Shown here piece by piece: positions 1-10,229 of a DNA stretch of 64,000 bases; position 1 is the first letter of the stretch, and every line of letters starts with the position of its first letter. Source of the DNA: Candidatus Latescibacterota bacterium. GTDB lineage: Bacteria; Latescibacterota; UBA2968. The notes under the pieces are model-generated. The model was given only the letters and a program-made list of their open reading frames with translations. It had not been told where the DNA came from and searched no databases. The position numbers and the translations under genes were made by a program. Location of the stretch: assembly GCA_965116885.1 (NCBI GenBank), contig OZ220741.1, forward strand, positions 2,144,001 through 2,208,000, written 5' to 3'.

Positions 1-681
1 TTGGATCAGAGAAGGCGCGAGTTGGGTGTCCATGTTGCGGCAGATGCACGCGAAGTGGTGGGCCTTCAGGATATTGTGGTGTTGGGTGTGAAGCCTCAGT
101 TTTGGAAGCAAACCGTTGTGGGATTTCGGGATTTGTTGCACAGCGATCAAGTGATTATTTCTTTTATGGCGGGTGTGCGAATTGCGGCACTGGAAGCGGA
201 ATTGGGCGCGCTGCCCGTCGTTCGCGTGATGCCCAATGTGCTGGCGCAGGTTGGTGCTGCGGGTTCGGGCGTGTGCGCTGGTACGCATGTGGGTGAAGAG
301 CAACTGAATCTGGCGCTGTCTCTGTTCAACGCGGTTGGTGCGGCGGTCGTTGTTTCAGAATCACAGATGGATGCGGTGACTGGACTTGCAGGCAGTGGAC
401 CTGCATATGTGTACGCGGTAATTGATGCGCTGGCAGATGGCGGGGTGCGGTCTGGCTTGTCAAAAGATATGGCTTTGACACTGGCGACTCAGACTGTGCT
501 TGGGGCTGCGCGTATGGTTGCCGAGAGCGGCGAGCATCCGGCGATTTTGAAAGATCAGGTGACGTCGGCGGGCGGAACGACTATTGCGGGTTTGCACGCG
601 CTGGAGCAGGGCGGTTTGCGCGCCGCTTTGATGGATGCTGTTTTGGCTGCAACGGAGCGGTCGAGCGCATTGGGGGAGTGA
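1..681 (+). CDS. proC: Pyrroline-5-carboxylate reductase (5' end probably outside window)
   Basis: RVMPN, DAVTGLAGSGPAY and VTSAGGTTIAGL motifs; N-terminal Rossmann GxGxxG absent, so likely truncated. Confidence 0.95.
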   Translation: MDQRRRELGVHVAADAREVVGLQDIVVLGVKPQFWKQTVVGFRDLLHSDQVIISFMAGVRIAALEAELGALPVVRVMPNVLAQVGAAGSGVCAGTHVGEEQLNLALSLFNAVGAAVVVSESQMDAVTGLAGSGPAYVYAVIDALADGGVRSGLSKDMALTLATQTVLGAARMVAESGEHPAILKDQVTSAGGTTIAGLHALEQGGLRAALMDAVLAATERSSALGE

Positions 682-682
682 G

Positions 683-1285
683 ATGATTGCGATTGTCAAT
701 TACGGGATGGGGAATTTGCGAAGTGTTCAAAAGGCGTTTGAACACGTTGGTGCGAAGGCTGTTATTGTCGATAGACCCGAGGATATCGATACCGCTGAGC
801 GCATTGTGCTTCCCGGCGTTGGGGCATTTGGCGATGCGATGAACAATCTGAAAACAGCGGGATTGATTGCGCCCATTGTAGGGGCTATTTCAGAAGGCCG
901 ACCTTTTTTGGGCATTTGTTTGGGATTGCAATTGATGTTTGCCGAGAGTGAAGAAATGGGGCAGCACAGGGGATTGGACATTTTGCCGGGCAAAGTGAAG
1001 CGTTTTCCCGAAGGGCAGCGCGTTCCGCAAATTGGGTGGAATGAGGTGCGAATTCAGCGCGAGACAGCACTTCTGTATGGCGTGCCCGACAGGTCTTATT
1101 TTTATTTTGTCCATTCTTTTTTTGTGGCGTCTGAGCGAGATGAAGATGTGGTGGGGGTAACGGATTACGGGATTGATTATGCGTCAATTGCCGGAAATGA
1201 TCGGGCTTTTGGCGTGCAGTTTCACCCCGAGAAAAGTCAGGATGCGGGCTTGAAAATTTTGAAGAATTTTGCGGAGAAGGTGTAG
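683..1285 (+). CDS. hisH: Imidazole glycerol phosphate synthase, glutaminase subunit
   Basis: IVNYGMGNLRSV, LPGVGAF, GICLGLQ, FVHS, QFHPEKS; ATG 1 nt after proC stop. Confidence 0.97.
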   Translation: MIAIVNYGMGNLRSVQKAFEHVGAKAVIVDRPEDIDTAERIVLPGVGAFGDAMNNLKTAGLIAPIVGAISEGRPFLGICLGLQLMFAESEEMGQHRGLDILPGKVKRFPEGQRVPQIGWNEVRIQRETALLYGVPDRSYFYFVHSFFVASERDEDVVGVTDYGIDYASIAGNDRAFGVQFHPEKSQDAGLKILKNFAEKV

Positions 1286-1286
1286 G

Positions 1287-2084
1287 ATGCTGGCCAGGCG
1301 AATTATTCCGTGTTTAGATGTGAAAAACGGTCGCAATGTGCGCGGGGTCAGGTTTTCAGCCGATAAAGACGCTGGCGACCCCATTGAACTCGCGAAACGC
1401 TATGATGCAGAAGGTGCCGATGAACTGGTGTTTTACGATATTACGGCATCGGCGGAGAAGCGCGATATTGTCGGCAAACTCGTGCGGCGCGTATCCGAAG
1501 AGGTGTTTATTCCCTTTACGGTTGGCGGGGGCGTTCGCACGTATCGGGATATTCGCACAATTATCGAAGGGGGTGCAGAAAAAGCGTCGATTAATTCGGC
1601 TGCTGTGCATACGCCTGAAATTATTACGCAAGGGGCTGAAAGTTTTGGGTCGCAGGCAATTGTGGGGTCAATTGATGCAATTCGACGGCCGAGTTCCAAT
1701 CAGACAGAGGATGTGTGCTGGGAAGTAGTTATCAATGGCGGGCGCACATATACTGGACGAGATGCCCTCGAATGGGCTGAAGAACTGGTGGAGCGCGGCG
1801 CGGGCGAACTGGTTTTGAACAGCATTGATGCGGACGGTACAAAAGATGGATACGATATTGAGTTAAATCGCATGATTGCCGAGCGCGTGGATGTGCCGAT
1901 TGTGGCGTCTGGGGGTGCTGGGGGGCCAGAGGATATGTACGCGGTGTTGTCGGAAGGCAAGGCGAGCGCGGCACTGGCTGCGTCGATTTTTCACTACAAT
2001 CAATACAGTATTGCGGAAGTCAAAACGTATCTCGCAGAACGCGGGGTCCCGGTGCGCCCCAGGATCGAAATTGATTTGACATGA
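1287..2084 (+). CDS. hisF: Imidazole glycerol phosphate synthase, cyclase subunit
   Basis: [45 protein letters not shown]. Confidence 0.97.
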   Translation: MLARRIIPCLDVKNGRNVRGVRFSADKDAGDPIELAKRYDAEGADELVFYDITASAEKRDIVGKLVRRVSEEVFIPFTVGGGVRTYRDIRTIIEGGAEKASINSAAVHTPEIITQGAESFGSQAIVGSIDAIRRPSSNQTEDVCWEVVINGGRTYTGRDALEWAEELVERGAGELVLNSIDADGTKDGYDIELNRMIAERVDVPIVASGGAGGPEDMYAVLSEGKASAALAASIFHYNQYSIAEVKTYLAERGVPVRPRIEIDLT

Positions 2085-3238
2085 GTGGGATAAAAGAACA
2101 CGAAATTGATCGCAGAGCTTTACTTGCCGATGTGCGGCGGGTGGTGGTAAAATTGGGTACGCGAGTGGTGACGGCAGATAGCAATACATTGAATGTTGCG
2201 GTGATTGATCGCCTGGCCGCTGATGTGGCGTCTTTGATCGCACGCGGTTTACAGGTGGCAATTGTGACATCCGGAGCCGTTGGTGCTGGCATGGGGCAAT
2301 TGGGGTTGCGTAATCGACCGAGGCGTTTGGCCGATTTGCAAGCTACGGCTGCGGTGGGACAGGGACTGGTGATGGATGCTTACAAACGGGCATTTGAAGC
2401 ACACGGTGTTTCGGTGGGGCAGGTGCTGTTGACATCGGATGATCTGGACAATCGCACGCGGTATGTAAATGCGCGCAATACACTATATCAATTGTTTCGG
2501 TATGGTGTTGTGCCTGTTGTCAATGAGAACGACAGCGTGGCGGTGGAAGAATTGCAATTGTCTGTGGGTGAAAATGATCGCCTCTCCGCTATGGTGTCAC
2601 ATCTGGTAGATGCGGATATGCTGGTGTTGTTGACCGATGTCGATGGGTTGTTTTCAAGCGATCCCGCAAAAAATCCAAACGCACAATTGGTTCGGTTGGT
2701 ACGCGGGATGCCCGAAGAACTCTACGCCTCTGTGGGGTCTTCGGGGGGTACTCTGGGGCGCGGAGGAATGCGCACAAAACTCAGGGCAGCCGAGGCCGTG
2801 ATGCAAGGTGGGCAGATGGCGGTGATTGCAAATGGATGTACAAACGGTTTGCGCGAAATTTTGGATGGGGTAGATTGCGGCACGTTATTTGTGGCGGATA
2901 ATCGCAGTTTGAACAGCAGAGATTTGTGGTTGGCGCATTCCCGAAAGCGAGGGTGTGTGGTTGTAGATGATGGCGCAGTAGTTGCTTTGAGCGATGGGGG
3001 CAAAAGTTTGTTGCCTTCGGGTATTATCCGCGTTATTGGCGATTTTGAAGTTGGTGAACTCATTGGTGTTGAATCGGAACAACGCGTTGAGATCGCGCGC
3101 GGTTTAACGCGATTTGGTGCCGATGATGTGCGACGTATTCGCGGAAAAAAAACGCCAGAGATTGTAGAAATTCTCGGGATCGACAACGGCGCGGTGGTTA
3201 TCCATCGGGATGATATGGTGGTGTTAAATCGGAGGTAG
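2081..3238 (+). CDS. proB: Glutamate 5-kinase with PUA domain
   Basis: VVKLGT, VTSGAV, AAVGQ, VNEND, GGMRTKL, C-terminal SLLPSGI...IHRDDMV PUA domain. Confidence 0.96.
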   Translation: MSGIKEHEIDRRALLADVRRVVVKLGTRVVTADSNTLNVAVIDRLAADVASLIARGLQVAIVTSGAVGAGMGQLGLRNRPRRLADLQATAAVGQGLVMDAYKRAFEAHGVSVGQVLLTSDDLDNRTRYVNARNTLYQLFRYGVVPVVNENDSVAVEELQLSVGENDRLSAMVSHLVDADMLVLLTDVDGLFSSDPAKNPNAQLVRLVRGMPEELYASVGSSGGTLGRGGMRTKLRAAEAVMQGGQMAVIANGCTNGLREILDGVDCGTLFVADNRSLNSRDLWLAHSRKRGCVVVDDGAVVALSDGGKSLLPSGIIRVIGDFEVGELIGVESEQRVEIARGLTRFGADDVRRIRGKKTPEIVEILGIDNGAVVIHRDDMVVLNRR

Positions 3239-3270
3239 AAAAACCGACAATTGGCTTTGGAGATTGTGTT

Positions 3271-3639
3271 ATGCGCTCATTTTATCGGGGACAAAGTACG
3301 GTATTGCCGGAAAATAGTCCGATGTTACCGGGAAGTGCAAGGCGACGCCTGAATAAATTTTTAATATTTGCACCCGTGGTGCTTTCCCTTTATTTGTTTT
3401 TTGCAGGAGATAGTGGGATTTTTCAACTCGTAATGCGCGAGCAGCAAATTGCCGCATTGAAAGGGGAGATTGCAACTATTCGCCAGCAGAATGCGGGGTT
3501 GGAGCGCGAGGTAAAGTTGCTGGAAAATAATTTGGGTGAAATTGAACGCATTGCTCGAGAGCGCTATGGCATGGTGTATCCCAATGAATCGATTTATATG
3601 GTCTATCCCAATCCACCAACAGCATTGGAGTCGCCGTGA
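3271..3639 (+). CDS. Septum formation initiator family protein (FtsB/DivIC-like)
   Basis: Single TM helix ending FFAGDSG, coiled coil, IERIARERYGM..PNE motif. Confidence 0.85.
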   Translation: MRSFYRGQSTVLPENSPMLPGSARRRLNKFLIFAPVVLSLYLFFAGDSGIFQLVMREQQIAALKGEIATIRQQNAGLEREVKLLENNLGEIERIARERYGMVYPNESIYMVYPNPPTALESP

Positions 3640-4421
3640 TTTGCCATACCGATGGATTGGTGTTGCGCGGTTTTCGCATGAGTGAAAGCAGCAAGGTTGT
3701 GGTGCTGTTTTCTCGCGATTACGGCAAATTGCGTCTGGTCGCCAAAGGGGCGCGACGGCCCAAAAGTAAATTTGGTGCGAGCCTTGAACCCATGACGTGG
3801 GGGCGTTATGTTTTTTATCGGCAGGATAATCGAGAGTTGCAAATATTGAGCGAAGGCGATATTGCACACGCATTTGAACCGGTAAAACAACACTACGGTC
3901 GAATGGCAGCCGGAAGCGCGATATGCGAATTTCTGGATCATATTACCGAAGATGAAGACCGCAATCCACTTTTGTTTAGTATTGCACTTGAAGCCATGCG
4001 ATGGGTGGGGAGCATTGCCGAAATAGCGCTGGATGTACCGGTGTGGTATTTCCAGATTCGCGCTGCGGGTGTGGTGGGGTATCGTCCCCATATGAGTGGG
4101 TGTGTTCAATGTGGTACGCGGCTTCAGGGGCACCGCCTGGGGTTCAGCCCCAGCCTGGGCGGTACTCTGTGTGACAAGCACGCAGGAGCGGGCATGCGCG
4201 TGCAGTTCGAGACGGTAAATTTTATGGCGCATCTACAGGTGGGACGTCCTGACCGCATTGACCTTTCCCTCTTGCGGGGTGTAAATCGCGCAGAGGTGAC
4301 GCGAATATTGCGCGCATTTTTTGACCAACACATCGAATCGCGCTATCGCCCAAAGGCACTGGATTTTTTTGAACGCTTAAGGGCAGCAGAACCTGCGTTG
4401 CCTTATCGCGCAGGGGTATAG
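3636..4421 (+). CDS. recO: DNA repair protein RecO
   Basis: GLVLR...GKLRLVAKGAR OB fold; CVQCG...LCDKH zinc site. Confidence 0.93.
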   Translation: MICHTDGLVLRGFRMSESSKVVVLFSRDYGKLRLVAKGARRPKSKFGASLEPMTWGRYVFYRQDNRELQILSEGDIAHAFEPVKQHYGRMAAGSAICEFLDHITEDEDRNPLLFSIALEAMRWVGSIAEIALDVPVWYFQIRAAGVVGYRPHMSGCVQCGTRLQGHRLGFSPSLGGTLCDKHAGAGMRVQFETVNFMAHLQVGRPDRIDLSLLRGVNRAEVTRILRAFFDQHIESRYRPKALDFFERLRAAEPALPYRAGV

Positions 4422-4429
4422 GACTTGTC

Positions 4430-4960
4430 ATGAATCGACTTCTACAGCGATGGTTGGAGCGCGAAAAGCCACTATTTTCCAAATTGCGCGCCATTCCACT
4501 ATTTCGAGAACTGAACCGCCGGGAGTTGCAGGCGGTAGTGGAATTTATAGAAATTCGCAAGTATTCAACGGGCGATGTCGTTTTTGAACAGGGTGATCCG
4601 GGAGATGGGGTTTACGTGGTGTTAAAAGGATGTGTAGAGGTGTTTCAGAAGGATGGCGAAGCCGGCGAGAAAGTGCTGCTTGCCCAATCTGGATCCGGTT
4701 CCTTTTTGGGGGAAATTGCACTTTTGGAAGATGCGCCGAGAACAGCAGCAGCAGTGTCAGTAGAAGATACAAAAATGGCACTTTTCCCGCGAGACGCATT
4801 GTATCAATTGGCGGAACAACGACCGCATTTGGGAGTAAAAATTGCCATTCAACTCGCGCGGATTGTCGCGGAGCGATTGCGGCAGACCAATCACAGTTTG
4901 CAGGTTGCCCAAGATGAACTGGCGGTAAAACAAAAAGAGGACGGAGAAGACGAGTCATGA
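4430..4960 (+). CDS. Cyclic nucleotide-binding domain protein (no HTH)
   Basis: VFEQGDPGD, FLGEIALL..APRTA phosphate-binding cassette. Confidence 0.9.
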   Translation: MNRLLQRWLEREKPLFSKLRAIPLFRELNRRELQAVVEFIEIRKYSTGDVVFEQGDPGDGVYVVLKGCVEVFQKDGEAGEKVLLAQSGSGSFLGEIALLEDAPRTAAAVSVEDTKMALFPRDALYQLAEQRPHLGVKIAIQLARIVAERLRQTNHSLQVAQDELAVKQKEDGEDES

Positions 4961-6495
4961 ATGAACCCTCTTCAGGTGGCCTGGGTACTGCTCAGATTTT
5001 GCGTATTGTGATTTTTTTGGGCCTCATCGTTGTGATGGTCTGGTTGCTATATACTATTCGAAGTACGCTGGTCCCTTTTTTTATTGCATTTGTGCTGTCG
5101 TATTTTCTCATGCCCGTGGTTGATTTTCTCGAATCGCACCGCTTAAATCGTTTTATCGCCGTGGTTGTCGTCTTGCTGGCTGTTTTTGCAATTGTGGTCA
5201 TTCCGCTTATTGTGGTCGCGCCTATGATTGTGCGCGGTACGGAGGATATGGTCAAGAGCATTATTGGTGAGCAGGGTACATGGTACTGTGTGGTGGAAAA
5301 TACGGGCGATGATGTGGTGAAGATTGATCGGTTTGAGAGCGAACTCGAAGATTTTAAGGTTGATGGCTTGCCCCTGGAATTGACACCCGGTGGAGGAGAC
5401 GCGGAATCCGCTGCCCCACAGGCCAACCCAAAAGTGGTCGGTAGGCGAGATACACTGCGCGTGGTATTTTCTCCACAAGCGGATGAACCGCGCCGGGCGT
5501 CTTTGAGGTTGTACGGTTCGTCTGGCAGCCGGGAAGATTCTATTGTGTTGACGCTTAGAGGGAATATGGAGGATGTGTCATCGGTTTCGGATACAATGGC
5601 TTCGGTTCAATTTGGCACATCTAAAATTTTAATTTCGGCGACAAAACATGCGTTTGGCAAATACAAGCCCAGTTCTTTGATGGCACTCAAGTCAGTTTAT
5701 GAAACTACATTCCTGCCGTGGCTGAAATCAGCTCAGACCTATCTCGAAGAAATTTTGCCAATGCTTAAGGGCCGCGATTGGGAGGAAGAAATTTTGCCAA
5801 TGCTCAAGGGCCGCGATTGGATACAGGCCGCGAATCAGTACCTGCAAAACGTTGTGACAATTTTGCTTAAGGAAACTCCCGGATTGGTCGGGCAATTGCT
5901 ATCGGGACTTACCTTGTTCATCATTGTGCCTTTTGCTTTATTCTTTTTTTTAGCAGAGGGCAGAACGATCAAGCGTGCGATTATCGAGCAGGTGCCAAAT
6001 CGATATTTTGAGCTGTTATTAAATTTGCTGCATCGCATTGACAGGCAATTGGGGAGCTATATGCGCGGTATGGTGTTATCTGTAATAATTGTTTCGCTTC
6101 TGTCAAGTACCGGACTTTATATCATCGGTCTGGAACATTTTTTGGTGATTGGTATTCTCGCTGGTTTGGCCAATGTAATTCCCTATATGGGACCTGCGAT
6201 TGGGATTATTGCCGGTGTTGTTGCCGCTGTATTGCAATATTCTGCGCTGAGTTTTGGTGTGGTTATTCCAGTAATTATAGTGTTTGCGATCGTTCAACTC
6301 GTAGATAATGTTTTTGTCGCTCCTATGGTGGTTGGGCGCAGTGTTAATTTGCATCCTCTGCTCGTTATTTTTGCGGTGTTCGTTGGCAGCGAGTTGTTTG
6401 GTGCAGTTGGCATGTTATTGGCCGTGCCCACAACCGCGGTGATTAAAGTATCTGTGCGGACGATTTATGAGGGGTGGCGGAGTTATTCGGTTTAG
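4957..6495 (+). CDS. AI-2E (PerM/TqsA) family transporter with inserted soluble domain
   Basis: LVPFFIAFVLSYFLMPVVDFLE, NVIPYMGP, QLVDNVFVAP, LHPL, GMLLAVP motifs; about 150 aa longer than typical. Confidence 0.9.
   Translation: MNEPSSGGLGTAQILRIVIFLGLIVVMVWLLYTIRSTLVPFFIAFVLSYFLMPVVDFLESHRLNRFIAVVVVLLAVFAIVVIPLIVVAPMIVRGTEDMVKSIIGEQGTWYCVVENTGDDVVKIDRFESELEDFKVDGLPLELTPGGGDAESAAPQANPKVVGRRDTLRVVFSPQADEPRRASLRLYGSSGSREDSIVLTLRGNMEDVSSVSDTMASVQFGTSKILISATKHAFGKYKPSSLMALKSVYETTFLPWLKSAQTYLEEILPMLKGRDWEEEILPMLKGRDWIQAANQYLQNVVTILLKETPGLVGQLLSGLTLFIIVPFALFFFLAEGRTIKRAIIEQVPNRYFELLLNLLHRIDRQLGSYMRGMVLSVIIVSLLSSTGLYIIGLEHFLVIGILAGLANVIPYMGPAIGIIAGVVAAVLQYSALSFGVVIPVIIVFAIVQLVDNVFVAPMVVGRSVNLHPLLVIFAVFVGSELFGAVGMLLAVPTTAVIKVSVRTIYEGWRSYSV
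5746..5820 (+). repeat. In-frame tandem duplication, 2 x 36 bp (39-bp period)
   Basis: gaagaaattttgccaatgctYaagggccgcgattgg at 5746-5781 and 5785-5820, one synonymous mismatch; encodes EEILPMLKGRDW twice. Confidence 0.95.
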
Positions 6496-6508
6496 GAAAG
6501 AAGGAGTA

Positions 6509-9229
6509 ATGGAGACGATGAAAAATAAAGCTTTGGAGCGTGCCTACGATCCAAAAAATATTGAAAAGACGTGGTATGATTTTTGGTACAAGAAGGGATA
6601 TTTTCGTCCGGAGTTTCGCGCGACAGGCCCCGCCTATACGGTGACGATTCCGCCGCCCAATGTGACGGGAGAGTTGCACATGGGACACGCACTGCAGCAC
6701 GCGATTCACGACGCGGTGATTCGGTACAAGCGAATGCGGGGATTTCGCACGCTGTGTTTGCCCGGTACGGATCACGCGGGTATTGGCACGCAGATGAAGG
6801 TGGAGCAAGAGATCTGGGAGAACGAAAAAAAGACGCGCCGCGAAATTGGGCGCAGAGACTTGTTGAAACGGATATGGGCCTGGCGGGAAAAATACGGCAG
6901 TACAATTTTGCGACAGTTGCGCGAGTTGGGCTGTAGTTATGACTGGTCGCGCGAGCGATTTACAATGGATGAGGAGTACGTTCGGGCGGTGTTGGAAACA
7001 TTTGTGCGTTTTTACGAGAAGGGCTGGATTTATCGGGGCAAACGCATGGTGAACTGGTGCCCGCAGTGTGGCACTGTGATTTCCGATCTCGAGGTGGAAG
7101 AAAGAGAGGTCGATAGCCACCTGTGGCATATTCGGTATAAAGGGATAGATGACGCGCCCGATGTGGTTGTGGCGACAACGCGCCCGGAAACCATGCTGGG
7201 CGATACCGGGGTGGCGGTACATCCATCCGATGCGCGATGGCGCGATGCCGTGGGTAAAATGGTGATGTTGCCGCTTATGGACCGCCCCATTCCCATTGTG
7301 GCAGATGACTATGCCGATCCGGAAATGGGGAGTGGTGCGGTGAAGGTGACGCCGGGACACGATCCCAATGATTACGAGATAGGGCAGCGTCACGATTTGC
7401 CCGAAATCGCGGTTATTGGTCTGAATGGCGAAATGACGGAGAATGCGGGTGCTTATGTTGGGCAGGACCGGTATGCGTGTCGCAAGGCGGTGGTTGAGGC
7501 GCTCGACAAGATAGGGTTGATGGAAAAAATAGAGGATTATACCCACGCGGTACCGCATCACGATCGCTGTGGCACGGTGATAGAACCGATGCCTATGGAG
7601 CAGTGGTTTGTGGCGATGCGCGATTTGGCCGATTTGATTTTGCCCTTGATGCGAGAAAAAAAGATCGATTATGTGCCGGATCGGTTTCGAGAATATTCGA
7701 TTGAATGGCTGGAGAATATCCGCGACTGGTGTATTTCAAGGCAACTGTGGTGGGGGCACCGCATTCCGGTGTGGACGTGTGAAAATTGTAGTGCGGTGAT
7801 TGTGAATGCAGAGCCGCCCGAATTGTGTACAAAGTGTGGCAGTCAGCAGTTGATACAAGACCCCGATGTGCTCGATACGTGGTTTTCCTCGGCGCTGTGG
7901 CCTTTTGCAACGCTGGGTTGGCCCGAAGATACAGAGGATTTGAAGCTGTTTCATCCGACGGATTTGATGATTACGGGACGGGATATTTTGTATCTGTGGG
8001 TGATTCGGATGATTATGACGGCCGTTGAATTTGTGGATGAGATTCCGTTCCGGACGGTGCTGGTTCATCCCACGGTGCAAACGCGCGATGGCAAGCGCAT
8101 GAGCAAGTCGTTGGGTACGGGAATTGATCCGCGCGAATTGATTGACCGTTATGGCGCGGATGCCACGCGCCTGTCGCTTTTGTATCAATGCGGCAGTTCG
8201 CAGGATATTCGGTTTGATGCCGATGTAAAGGACAATAAGTTGCAAGATTCGCCCATTGCGGAAATGTGCCGAAATTTTTGCAACAAAATTTGGAATGCCG
8301 CGCGGTTTGTACAAATGAATCTGGACGATCGCGACATACGCGATGTGGCGTTGCAGACGGTGCCCGAGCCGATTACAGACCTTTCTGATCGGTGGATTTT
8401 GAGTTTGTACAATCGCACGGTGTTGCAGGTTACAGAGGCTTTGGAGGCGTATCGCTTTGATGAAGCAGCGCGCGCGTTGTACGATTTTGTGTGGAGCGCG
8501 TATTGCGATTGGTATGTGGAGATGGCGAAAGTGCGCCTGTATGGCGATGATCAAGACGCCCGTCAAACTGCGCAGTCGGTTTTGTGTGTCGTGTTTGAAG
8601 GCACGTTGCGCCTGTTGCATCCCATCGCGCCTTTTATTTCTGAGGCGTTGTGGCAAACATTTCCACGCAAAGGCGAGGCACTTATTGTCGCGCCCTGGCC
8701 CAAATGCGACAAAACGCAATTTGATAAAGTTGCCGAGCGAGAGATGGCTTTGATGCGGGATGTGGTGGGGGCCGTGCGCCATATTCGAGGTACAATGCGT
8801 ATTCCGCCGGGCAAGCGCGTGGATGTGGTGTGTAAGACGGGGTCTGAGGAGGCGCACGCGATTTTGACGTCTGTTCATGGCTATATGAAGGCGTTGGGGC
8901 GCATTGAAAATTTGACCCTCGGCGCGGCTTTAGAACGCCCGGCAGCGTCTGCGAGTGCTGTGGTTGGTGATGTGGAAATTTTCGTGCCTTTGGCCGGCGT
9001 GATTGATCTCGCTGTGGAGCGCCAGAGATTGGAGAAGGAGATTGGGGGATTGGAAAAGGCACTGGGGGGATTGGAGAAGAAGTTGAGCAATGCGGGTTTT
9101 TTGAACAATGCCCCCGCAGAGGTCGTGGCAAAAGAACGCGAGCGCGAGCGCGAGTATCGGGATACATTGTCGAAGTTGCGGGAAAATCTGGCTGTAATTT
9201 CAGAGGGAGATTCAAATGTCGAACGTTAG
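6509..9229 (+). CDS. valS: Valine--tRNA ligase
   Basis: PPPNVTGELHMGH, ATTRPET, DWCISRQLWWGH, RMSKS, C-terminal coiled coil; AAGGAG RBS before ATG 6509. Confidence 0.98.
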   Translation: METMKNKALERAYDPKNIEKTWYDFWYKKGYFRPEFRATGPAYTVTIPPPNVTGELHMGHALQHAIHDAVIRYKRMRGFRTLCLPGTDHAGIGTQMKVEQEIWENEKKTRREIGRRDLLKRIWAWREKYGSTILRQLRELGCSYDWSRERFTMDEEYVRAVLETFVRFYEKGWIYRGKRMVNWCPQCGTVISDLEVEEREVDSHLWHIRYKGIDDAPDVVVATTRPETMLGDTGVAVHPSDARWRDAVGKMVMLPLMDRPIPIVADDYADPEMGSGAVKVTPGHDPNDYEIGQRHDLPEIAVIGLNGEMTENAGAYVGQDRYACRKAVVEALDKIGLMEKIEDYTHAVPHHDRCGTVIEPMPMEQWFVAMRDLADLILPLMREKKIDYVPDRFREYSIEWLENIRDWCISRQLWWGHRIPVWTCENCSAVIVNAEPPELCTKCGSQQLIQDPDVLDTWFSSALWPFATLGWPEDTEDLKLFHPTDLMITGRDILYLWVIRMIMTAVEFVDEIPFRTVLVHPTVQTRDGKRMSKSLGTGIDPRELIDRYGADATRLSLLYQCGSSQDIRFDADVKDNKLQDSPIAEMCRNFCNKIWNAARFVQMNLDDRDIRDVALQTVPEPITDLSDRWILSLYNRTVLQVTEALEAYRFDEAARALYDFVWSAYCDWYVEMAKVRLYGDDQDARQTAQSVLCVVFEGTLRLLHPIAPFISEALWQTFPRKGEALIVAPWPKCDKTQFDKVAEREMALMRDVVGAVRHIRGTMRIPPGKRVDVVCKTGSEEAHAILTSVHGYMKALGRIENLTLGAALERPAASASAVVGDVEIFVPLAGVIDLAVERQRLEKEIGGLEKALGGLEKKLSNAGFLNNAPAEVVAKEREREREYRDTLSKLRENLAVISEGDSNVER

Positions 9230-10214
9230 ATTTGGTATTATGGGATTGGGGCGCGGTCGCGGAGCAGCAAAACAGGTGGCAGCAGCAGAGGGTAGCGCGT
9301 TGGTTTGCGTGTGTGATTTACAGGAAGACAAGGCCGTGGAGCAGGCCGAAATATATGGATGCGACTGGACGACGAATTACAAGGCGATGTTTGCGCGCGA
9401 TGATATCGATGCGATCGGTATCTATACGTCCAGTGGCACGCATTGCGATTACGCCATTGAAGCGATAGAAGCAGGCAAACATGCATTTGTCACCAAACCG
9501 ATGGATATTCTCGTGGAAAAGTGCGATGCGGCGATTCAGGCGGCAAAAGATGCGGGGAAGGTTCTGGCAGTGGATTTTGGAAATCGCTATTCTAAGGCAA
9601 ACCAGCAATTGAAGGCAGCCATTGATCAGGGGATCATTGGACAGATTTTTTTGGGTGATGTGAAGATGAAGTGGTGGCGCGAGCAGAGCTATTACAATGG
9701 GGGTTTTCCCATGGGGTGGCGCAGCCGCAAAGAGACAGAGGGCGGCTCGATAGCCAATCAGGGTGTGCATTTTGTCGATCTCATCTGCTGGTTGCTCGGC
9801 CCGGTAAAGGAAGTTTATGGGCGCAGTGCAACCATGACACACGATATTGAAACGGAAGATATTACAATTGCACAGTTGACATTTCAAAGCGGCGCCTGGG
9901 GGCTGATTACGACCACGACATCGAGTTATCCAAATTTGGGGACACAAGTGGAGATCAGCGGCACGGAAGGCACTGTACGGTGGGATCAGCGCGGCGGTAT
10001 AGAAGTGATGACAAAGGGTGAGGAATTGGTAGATTTGAGCCGGTTTGAAGTGCCCGATGCGCCTGCCGATATTGCAGAGGATATGGTTTCTGCTATCACC
10101 AAAGGCACGGCCCCTGTGGTGTCGGGTGAAGAGGGGCGAAAATCTGTTGCGCTCTTTTGCGCAGCTTATGCGTCTTCAAAATCGGGTTCCCCTGTGGTTA
10201 TTGATCAGGGGTGA
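9216..10214 (+). CDS. Gfo/Idh/MocA family oxidoreductase
   Basis: GIMGLG, AGKHAFVTKP, GGSIANQGVHFVD. Confidence 0.9.
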   Translation: MSNVRFGIMGLGRGRGAAKQVAAAEGSALVCVCDLQEDKAVEQAEIYGCDWTTNYKAMFARDDIDAIGIYTSSGTHCDYAIEAIEAGKHAFVTKPMDILVEKCDAAIQAAKDAGKVLAVDFGNRYSKANQQLKAAIDQGIIGQIFLGDVKMKWWREQSYYNGGFPMGWRSRKETEGGSIANQGVHFVDLICWLLGPVKEVYGRSATMTHDIETEDITIAQLTFQSGAWGLITTTTSSYPNLGTQVEISGTEGTVRWDQRGGIEVMTKGEELVDLSRFEVPDAPADIAEDMVSAITKGTAPVVSGEEGRKSVALFCAAYASSKSGSPVVIDQG

Positions 10215-10229
10215 TATGCGGTTTGAAAT

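Noticed and set aside
6443..8878. Long minus-strand ORFs (372 and 380 aa)
   Set aside because: Antisense to valS; composition typical of shadow frames
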